From Promethearchaeum sp. (GTDB taxonomy: Archaea; Asgardarchaeota; Lokiarchaeia; Sigyniarchaeales; Promethearchaeaceae), in assembly GCA_030611625.1 (NCBI GenBank), contig JAUWPK010000170.1:1-7729 (forward strand): DNA of 7,729 nucleotides. The letters run 5' to 3'. Shown here piece by piece: positions 1 to 5,403 of this stretch; the stretch's first letter is position 1, and every line of letters begins with the position of its first letter. Under the pieces are notes generated by a model. The model was not told where the DNA came from and made no database searches. It saw only the letters and a list, made by a program, of their open reading frames with translations. A program made the translations under genes and the position numbers.

Positions 1-1077
1 AAAGATGTTTATGAATTATTTCCATTATATGGAGAACGAGGATTTATGCAAAGACTCAATCCATGGAAGGAATTTACAGAAGCAGGTTGTAAATATGAAA
101 TGCTTTTAGCAATAAATAACGGTATGATGGATCCAGAAATGGAACTTGCCAGAACAGCATCGAGTATTTTATGTGGAAATCCTACATTCCAACATGGAAA
201 AACACCCGAAATTCAACAAGTTCAAGATGATCTATGGTCGGGTAAAAAATTTGGTTGTATTGCCATGACCGAAGAAAATCATGGGACAGATACAGTAAAT
301 ATGGAATGCCATGCTGATCCAGTTGATGAAGGATTTAAATTTACTGGAACTAAAATATTTACAACAAATGGACCAAAAGCTGATTATTTCTTAGGATACG
401 CTTGTGTTGATAATGGAGACCCTAGGGGGACTATGGTGCAGGCTATACTAAAAAGAGATTGGGGAATTACCACTGAAAAATTGAATATTAAAGTTGTAGA
501 CAGAGTACATATTGGAAAAACATATTATAACGGAGCAAAAATACCTAAAGAATATGTTCTTGGGAAACCTGGAGAGGGATACCACAATTTGTTTGATGGT
601 CTTGTTCCAGAACGTTTAGTAATTACCGGTGCTAATTTAGGAATATGTTGGGGAGCTTTAATTAACGGGATTATCTATTCCAATATGCGTAATCAATTCG
701 GTAAACCAATAATGAAATATCAAGCAGTGTCCTATCCTTTCGCAGATCTACTATACCGTGTTTCATCAGCAACAATGGCTGCATTTAAAATCGCAGAAAT
801 TTATGATGAGAAAGTGCTGCATGCAGAACACGTTTCAAAGGAATTAAATAAAGCTAGTGCACAATGGTCCGCTCAAATTAAATATTTATGTGCAAAACTT
901 GCTGCAGAATGTGCTTACGAAACACAACAATTAATGGGTGGTGTTTCTGTTACGGATAATACAAGACTCGCACGATTAACAGGAGCTTCCAATATTCAAG
1001 AAGTTATTGGAGGATCACGCGGAGTTATGAAACTCATTATGAGTGGAAATTTGAAAAAAATGTTGAATTTGTTATAA
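1..1077 (+). CDS. Acyl-CoA dehydrogenase family flavoprotein, 5'-truncated by the window edge
   Basis: Frame 1 is open from nt 1 (KDVYELFPLYGERGF precedes the Met at 46), so the gene starts upstream of the window. Stop TAA at 1075-1077. 'IAMTEENHGTDTVN' resembles ACAD signature 1 (x-[LIVM]-[ST]-E-x2-x-G-[ST]-D). 'GLVPERLVITGANLG' matches the helix-G region of isovaleryl-CoA DH (GLDLERLVLAGGPLG). 'QQLMGGVSVTDN...IQEVIGGSRGV' matches the C-terminal ACAD signature region. Confidence 0.85.
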   Translation, partial: KDVYELFPLYGERGFMQRLNPWKEFTEAGCKYEMLLAINNGMMDPEMELARTASSILCGNPTFQHGKTPEIQQVQDDLWSGKKFGCIAMTEENHGTDTVNMECHADPVDEGFKFTGTKIFTTNGPKADYFLGYACVDNGDPRGTMVQAILKRDWGITTEKLNIKVVDRVHIGKTYYNGAKIPKEYVLGKPGEGYHNLFDGLVPERLVITGANLGICWGALINGIIYSNMRNQFGKPIMKYQAVSYPFADLLYRVSSATMAAFKIAEIYDEKVLHAEHVSKELNKASAQWSAQIKYLCAKLAAECAYETQQLMGGVSVTDNTRLARLTGASNIQEVIGGSRGVMKLIMSGNLKKMLNLL

Positions 1078-1101
1078 GAAATACCTTCAATTTTATTTTC
1101 C

Positions 1102-1127
1102 TTTTTTTTTTACTCTCTATTTTTTTT
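1102..1127 (+). terminator. Oligo-T tracts (T10 at 1102-1111, T8 at 1120-1127) downstream of the ACAD stop; archaeal-type hairpin-less terminator
   Basis: The T runs are read directly. No GC-rich hairpin precedes them. Archaeal RNAP terminates at oligo-T. Confidence 0.4.
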
Positions 1128-1165
1128 CTCATTAATTATTTAACCTACTTTTAATTAGAATCCTC

Positions 1166-1483
1166 GTGCCAATATCCGATTTTACTACTACTGTTATTAA
1201 GATAATCAAACAAATTCCAGAAGGAAAGGTTACAACCTATGGAAAAATTGCAATTCTTGCCGGAAATCCAAGGAGCGCAAGACAAGTGTCTTGGATTTTA
1301 CATTCTTCTTCAAAAAAGTATAAACTTCCATGGCATCGCGTGATAAACTCGAAAGGAATAATCGCTATGAAATCTGCTGACGGTAAAAACATTCAGAAGG
1401 AATTGCTTGAAAAGGAAGGGATTGAATTTATTAGTGATTTTAAAGTGAATTTGAAAAAATTTCAATACCAACCTAAAAATTAA
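1166..1483 (+). CDS. atl: Alkyltransferase-like protein (ATL): MGMT-type DNA-binding domain lacking the acceptor cysteine
   Basis: GTG at 1166 is the first canonical start after the in-frame TAA at 1133-1135. Stop TAA at 1481-1483. 'IPEGKVTTYGKIAILAGNPRSARQV...LPWHRVINSKGII...LEKEGIEF' parallels S. pombe Atl1 (IPYGKVSTYGEIA...ARQVG...VPWHRVINSRGTIS...LEEEGVEI). Trp replaces Cys in the PCHRV motif. The 105-aa size is typical of ATLs. Confidence 0.9.
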   Translation: MPISDFTTTVIKIIKQIPEGKVTTYGKIAILAGNPRSARQVSWILHSSSKKYKLPWHRVINSKGIIAMKSADGKNIQKELLEKEGIEFISDFKVNLKKFQYQPKN

Positions 1484-1489
1484 TTTGAT

Positions 1490-1861
1490 TCAGACTCTTA
1501 AGAATTCTCTAATTTTCTCTCTAAAATTTGAAATACTCAATGGTTTGGATAAATAGAAATCAAAACCCGCTTCTAATATTCGTTCTTTATCTCCTTTCAT
1601 TGCAAATGAAGATACCGCTATAATTGGTGTTTTTTTGAATCTTTTTATCTTTCGAAGCTCTCTACAAATATCAGTTCCGTTTATATCAGGAAGTTGAATA
1701 TCTAGTATAATCACATCCGGATTTTTAGATTGAATTAACTTAAGTCCTTCTCTGCCTGTATTTGATGTAAAAATTTCTATATTCTGCATAGTTCCTAATA
1801 CTGCTATAAATAGTTCCAAATTTTTTTCATTGTCTTCTACAATATATATTTTCTTTTTCAA
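1490..1861 (-). CDS. Single-domain CheY-like response regulator (receiver domain only)
   Basis: All receiver hallmarks are present: acidic pair in 'IVEDN', phospho-acceptor Asp in 'VIILDIQLPD', 'AVSS' Ser/Thr, and Lys in 'LSKP'. There is no output domain. The start codon is TTG (1859-1861), with an in-frame TGA at 1868-1870 just upstream. The first in-frame ATG (aa 24) would delete beta-1. Stop TGA at 1490-1492. Confidence 0.9.
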   Translation of the reverse strand: MKKKIYIVEDNEKNLELFIAVLGTMQNIEIFTSNTGREGLKLIQSKNPDVIILDIQLPDINGTDICRELRKIKRFKKTPIIAVSSFAMKGDKERILEAGFDFYLSKPLSISNFREKIREFLRV

Positions 1862-1929
1862 TTTGGATCATTCCTAACTAAAAGGTATTATGAAATCGGT
1901 AAGGTTTTTGATAACTTATTTTATTTTGT

Positions 1930-2133
1930 CTATTTTCTTTGATTACGCTTTTCAAACAGTTTTTTATTCATTTCTTCTATACGATATTTCATCTGGGCGA
2001 TAAGTGAGAGTCCCTGGTTTTGTTTATTATGTTTTATATTCAGGTCTGAATTAATGGGTTTAGGTTCATTTTCTTCGTTCATCATTAAATCCTTCTCCAT
2101 TTGATTATTCCCATCTTTAGAGTTTTTCTTCAT
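1930..2133 (-). CDS. Hypothetical small protein (67 aa), Lys/Asn/Glu-rich with a C-terminal amphipathic helix
   Basis: ATG at 2131-2133, TAG at 1930-1932. Overlaps the upstream 92-aa ORF by 17 nt and ends 68 nt upstream of the response regulator on the same strand. Its low-complexity composition means it could be a chance ORF in AT-rich DNA. An internal Met at aa 12 is an alternative start. Confidence 0.4.
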   Translation of the reverse strand: MKKNSKDGNNQMEKDLMMNEENEPKPINSDLNIKHNKQNQGLSLIAQMKYRIEEMNKKLFEKRNQRK

Positions 2134-2395
2134 AATTTTTTAACCAAATTTCTTTCAATTGTCTATATTTCAACTCAAGTTTATGAGTAACTACAGGTAA
2201 TATATTGTAATTGTCAATTTGAGCCCGAAAAAGGTCAAATTTCTTCTCATTTATAAGTAGTGACCTAATAGTACTTTTCGTTGGTTTATACTTCCCCATA
2301 TATGAAATCCCGCTAATAAGACATTTTTCAAGCTTAGGAATGATTACAACAAGTGTCCGTGAACGATAGACAGATTTATTAAATCCAAAATTCAT
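2117..2395 (-). CDS. Hypothetical protein (92 aa), no family recognised
   Basis: ATG at 2393-2395 is preceded by a canonical GGTGA Shine-Dalgarno (plus-strand tcacc, 2406-2410; 10-nt spacer). Stop TAA at 2117-2119. A TATA-like box lies further upstream. Confidence 0.55.
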   Translation of the reverse strand: MNFGFNKSVYRSRTLVVIIPKLEKCLISGISYMGKYKPTKSTIRSLLINEKKFDLFRAQIDNYNILPVVTHKLELKYRQLKEIWLKNYEEKL

Positions 2396-2462
2396 GATTT
2401 CATTTTCACCTTTTTTCCATTGCTATAAGTCTCGTAATGTAAGCATTTATCTCCATTCTCTG

Positions 2463-2474
2463 TTTTATATTTAA
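2463..2474 (-). promoter_or_regulatory. TATA-like box (minus strand TTAAATATAAAA) upstream of the 92-aa ORF
   Basis: Lies about 70-80 nt upstream of the ATG at 2395. This would give a ~45-nt leader carrying the GGTGA site. AT-rich context makes this weak. Confidence 0.3.
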
Positions 2475-2915
2475 CTATAGAAGAGGAAGCTAATTTCAGA
2501 TTGAATAATTCTCCAATTTAATATCCAAATGAAAAAATCATTTTATCGATTTTTGTCATCCCTCAAATAATATTTATTAAAACTTATCAAACTGCTATTT
2601 CTGTAATAATACTAAATATTGATAGGAGATATTCTTGAATTGCTTCCGTTCTTTCGTTTAGTCGAGAATTATATCCAATGTTTAAAGAAATCTCTTCTTT
2701 CCAAGTATTCACTTCGATAACCTTCGTTTTGTTTAGTCCAAATGATAAAACGTTCATTGAATATATAAATATTTGGAACTTCTATTCACTGATCAATTTG
2801 AAATTGGTGGGGGCATATGAATTAAAATCCTTAAATATCATTTTAATTTAATAATTAAAGAAAATTCTTGATAATTTTTTGTATTTTAATGAAATACTTC
2901 TGATTTTTTTTAACC

Positions 2916-2941
2916 AATCCATCTAAAATCCATAGATCCAC
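2916..2941 (+). promoter_or_regulatory. Three phased direct repeats AATCCAT (2916-2922), AATCCAT (2927-2933), GATCCAC (2935-2941) upstream of the small-protein gene
   Basis: Read directly. The first two copies are 11 bp apart (one helical turn). They sit just upstream of TATA-like sequence (2957-2980) and 63-88 bp upstream of the ATG at 3004. Confidence 0.3.
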
Positions 2942-3003
2942 TAAAAGTATAATTGGAAAAAATTTTAATACTTATACATTTGAATAGTAAATAGGTAAAT
3001 AAT

Positions 3004-3225
3004 ATGCAGTCAAGTAAAAAAATTTCAAAAATTGTATTAATGCTGTCCTTAGTTGCAGCCTTCAGCTTTTCAACCATTGCACCAATAAATGGTATATTAA
3101 ATCAGAATTTTCCTATTTCTGAACAATATCAACTAGATTATGACTTTAAATCCATTATCCAAATTAAAGATGATGGCGGTGGTGGCGACCCTAATGTAAT
3201 TATCCAAAGTAATAATATTTTTTAA
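3004..3225 (+). CDS. Small secreted or membrane-anchored protein (73 aa) with an N-terminal Sec-type signal/anchor
   Basis: ATG at 3004, with AGGT 7 nt upstream. N-region 'MQSSKKISK', then hydrophobic 'IVLMLSLVAAFSFSTIAPI', then a polar ~45-aa tail containing 'DDGGGGDP'. Stop TAA at 3223-3225. Confidence 0.55.
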   Translation: MQSSKKISKIVLMLSLVAAFSFSTIAPINGILNQNFPISEQYQLDYDFKSIIQIKDDGGGGDPNVIIQSNNIF

Positions 3226-3329
3226 AAACTGAGATAAAAAATACTGGAACATCATGCAATAAAAAAAAATGATTTTTATCGAAATTTAAATATATTGGTC
3301 ATTTTTTATACGAAAAAGAGGGAGATGTA

Positions 3330-4481
3330 ATGACTCAAAACAAAATCAGTCAATTATCTATACGTGAAAAACGTGTTCTTATTGCACTTCAAGAGAAACC
3401 ATTAGCAACATTCGATGAACTCGCTTCTATGACTAATTTGTCGAAATCGGTTGTTTTTGGAATTGTAAAGAAATTAGAAGGACCACCAAATTTTATTTCA
3501 TATTTTCAGGTAAAAGGATTACCGCATCTTTATAATTTAGGGTTAGAACATGTAGATGTAATAGTAAAAGCAGATTCTGAAAAAAAACTTCAAATCATCA
3601 TGAAAGTAGGTGATGAACATCCCTATATTGTATTTTATAATAGAACATACGGCGATGTAAACGGAATGCTTATTCAATTAACGAATCCTATCGGTTCTAT
3701 TAATTTGATCCAGATTTTATTCCAAAAATTGAAAAATTATGGATATATTGATGATTTTCTTATTTTACAATATTCTTTCCCACCTATTTATTCAACCATA
3801 AAAATTAATGCTTGGGATTCTGAATTCCTAAGTTGGCATTTTAGCTGGAAAGATTGGTTTAAAAGAGAGATTATTTCAACACCTTTAACTTCTAACCATT
3901 CATTAAAACAAGGAGAGATGCCTGGGAGTGTTAAATCTTGGATAAAACAGCAAGATATTGCTATTATTGGGGAATTGACCTGGAATGCTAGAAGAAAAAA
4001 TTCTGACATGATTGTAAAACTGAAAAGTAGAGGATGGGAAATTTCAGTTCCAACTTTTAGTAGACGTTTAAAAATGGTGAAAAAAGAATGCATTGAAACT
4101 CATCGCGCCTATATAAACCCAAAAAACTTTGATATTTTGAATACAATTCTCATCTGGGGATATGGAGAGGAAGAAGAATTACAGAAAATAAAATCTCGAA
4201 TGGAACTTAATCCAATTCCTTTTATTTCTACGTTAAAGATTGATGGTTTTAAGCTTTATTGGTATCTACGCCTACCAACTTCACACATGTCTGATTTGTT
4301 ATTCTATTTACGGCCAAGACTTCCAGAGCTTCATCTTAATTATATAGATACTCCACGGACTCAAACTTACTTACTTAACACTGATGCTTGGGATGAAAAG
4401 AAGCAAGATTGGATAACTGATGAAGATTTTTGCATTAATCAAGTTTTGAAATCTTTAAAACAGAATAATAAAATTAATTAA
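3330..4481 (+). CDS. Transcriptional regulator made of two tandem Lrp/AsnC-like (wHTH + alpha/beta) modules
   Basis: Strong SD GAGGGAG (3318-3324) 5 nt before the ATG at 3330. Stop TAA at 4479-4481. Module 1: 'REKRVLIALQEKPLATFDELASMTNLSKSVVFGIVKKLEG' (AsnC-type HTH), followed by 'HVDVIVKA...HPYIVFYNRTYGDVNGMLIQL' (RAM-like). Module 2 repeats the layout about 195 aa later (see findings). Confidence 0.8.
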   Translation: MTQNKISQLSIREKRVLIALQEKPLATFDELASMTNLSKSVVFGIVKKLEGPPNFISYFQVKGLPHLYNLGLEHVDVIVKADSEKKLQIIMKVGDEHPYIVFYNRTYGDVNGMLIQLTNPIGSINLIQILFQKLKNYGYIDDFLILQYSFPPIYSTIKINAWDSEFLSWHFSWKDWFKREIISTPLTSNHSLKQGEMPGSVKSWIKQQDIAIIGELTWNARRKNSDMIVKLKSRGWEISVPTFSRRLKMVKKECIETHRAYINPKNFDILNTILIWGYGEEEELQKIKSRMELNPIPFISTLKIDGFKLYWYLRLPTSHMSDLLFYLRPRLPELHLNYIDTPRTQTYLLNTDAWDEKKQDWITDEDFCINQVLKSLKQNNKIN

Positions 4482-4522
4482 AAAAATCCGCCTTTGTGAA
4501 TAAATGCTTAATTTTAAAGCCC

Positions 4523-4541
4523 AAATTCGTAAATTTTATAT
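4523..4541 (+). repeat. Distal copy of the 19-nt BRE/TATA-like module AAATTCGTAAATTTTATAT
   Basis: Matches 4562-4580 at 18 of 19 positions, 39 bp upstream of it. Confidence 0.5.
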
Positions 4542-4561
4542 AGTGTCGTTGAAGGATTTGT

Positions 4562-4580
4562 AAATCCGTAAATTTTATAT
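4562..4580 (+). promoter_or_regulatory. Proximal BRE/TATA promoter of the 5S rRNA gene (AAATCCGTAAA-TTTTATAT)
   Basis: The TATA-like TTTTATAT (4573-4580) is centred about 25 nt upstream of the predicted 5S 5' end (4602). A purine-rich CGTAAA lies immediately upstream, in the BRE position. Confidence 0.6.
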
Positions 4581-4601
4581 TTATTCCAATATTATGATAT
4601 T

Positions 4602-4719
4602 TATTCTCGGTCATAGGTTTCGAAAAACTCCAGTTCCCATCCCGAACACTGAAGATAAGGCGAAATGCGTTGCAGAATAGTTATATCCCAAATATTGCGA
4701 AAATGCAAACTGAGAATAT
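4602..4719 (+). rRNA. rrf: 5S ribosomal RNA, stand-alone (not linked to 16S/23S in this window)
   Basis: Loop-C/helix-III signature 'CCCATCCCGAACACTGAAGATAAGG' matches archaeal 5S (e.g. haloarchaeal CCCAUCCCGAACACGGAAGAUAAGCC). Hand-folded helices: I 4602-4611/4709-4718 (10 bp, one G-U); II 4617-4622/4661-4666; III 4631-4634/4648-4651; V 4670-4674/4704-4708. Ends are accurate to about 2 nt. Confidence 0.85.
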
Positions 4720-4855
4720 CTCCTTCTTTTATTTCAATAAATCTTAATAAATTTTCACTATAATTGATTTCTTTCTTAGTAAATTACTAATTTTGTTGAT
4801 TAATTAAACGAGAAGAAGAATTATAAATCTAATCTAAAATATTAAATTGTATATC

Positions 4856-5320
4856 ATGAAGATTATCGACTTTATAAAATTAAAACAAGAAATCATTGAG
4901 TTTTTGCACAAAAAGAAATCTTTAGTTTTAGCAACAGCTTCAAAAAACCGTGTAACTGCTCGATCAGTAAGTTGTGTATATGATGGATTGAAAATATTCT
5001 TTTTTACCTATAAAACATCAACGAAATTCATACAAATATCCGAAAATCCAAAAGTAGCATTCTCAGTACAAAATATCTCAATTGAAGGTCTAGCAAAAAT
5101 TACGAGCAATATTTTAAACGACCAAAATAAATTATTCCTTGAAAAATATAAGAAAATTCATCCTAATTTGCTTAAAAAATATTCAAAAGGTGAAGAAGAT
5201 CAAGTAATTGAAGTAACCCCGACTTTAATTACGCTTTTTAAACATGAGGATGGAGTACCCAAGTTATTTTATTTGGATGTTAAAAAACAAACCGCTTACA
5301 GTGAGATTTTTATTAAGTGA
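4856..5320 (+). CDS. Pyridoxamine 5'-phosphate oxidase-like FMN-binding split-barrel protein (general stress protein 26-like)
   Basis: 'LVLATASKNRVTARSVSCVYDGLKIFFFTYKTSTKFIQISENPKVAFSV...ISIEGLAKI' fits the PNPOx-like pattern (LAT..dG.P..r.v....d...l.f.T...s.K...l..NP.V). I prefer the ATG at 4856 over the TTG at 4847 used in the ORF track. TTATAAAT (4821-4828) lies about 30 nt upstream, suggesting a near-leaderless mRNA. Stop TGA at 5318-5320. Confidence 0.75.
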   Translation: MKIIDFIKLKQEIIEFLHKKKSLVLATASKNRVTARSVSCVYDGLKIFFFTYKTSTKFIQISENPKVAFSVQNISIEGLAKITSNILNDQNKLFLEKYKKIHPNLLKKYSKGEEDQVIEVTPTLITLFKHEDGVPKLFYLDVKKQTAYSEIFIK

Positions 5321-5324
5321 TGTA

Positions 5325-5334
5325 TTTTTTTTTT
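5325..5334 (+). terminator. T10 tract 5 nt after the PNPOx-like stop codon
   Basis: Read directly; archaeal oligo-T terminator logic. Confidence 0.45.
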
Positions 5335-5363
5335 CACTCTCATGCTATATTCAATTTCGACTC

Positions 5364-5369
5364 AAAAAA
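5364..5369 (-). terminator. T6 tract (A6 on the plus strand) 35 nt downstream of the 646-aa gene stop
   Basis: Read directly. Short, so weak. Confidence 0.3.
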
Positions 5370-5403
5370 GCTCAGAAGTAATTTCGTTTTTTATCCTCAA
5401 CGA

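Noticed and set aside
2117-2133. Programmed frameshift fusing ORF92 and ORF67 into one ~155-aa protein
   Set aside because: ORF67 is in the +1 frame, but the overlap (GAA GAA AAA CTC TAA) has no X-XXY-YYZ slippery heptamer. It also lacks a prfB-like CUU-UGA-type +1 site with good re-pairing. Start/stop overlap for translational coupling is the simpler reading.
2742-2805. Possible C/D-box sRNA (AUGAUAA ... CUGA about 60 nt apart)
   Set aside because: The C box is imperfect (AUGAUAA rather than RUGAUGA). No convincing C'/D' pair at the expected 12-nt guide spacing and no terminal stem. Such near-matches are expected by chance in AT-rich DNA.
3788-4093. 101-aa minus-strand ORF inside the 383-aa regulator gene
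   Set aside because: It is fully antisense to a gene with strong SD, HTH motifs and internal duplication. It stays open only because this stretch of the sense gene lacks the Tyr/His/Gln codon contexts that would create antisense stops. The product is hydrophobic low-complexity with no start signals. Shadow ORF.
4847-4855. TTG start used by the ORF track for the PNPOx-like gene (MYIMKII...)
   Set aside because: An ATG lies three codons downstream (4856), and the TATA-like box at 4821-4828 predicts initiation at about 4850-4853. The ATG is therefore the more plausible (near-leaderless) start. The TTG cannot be fully excluded.
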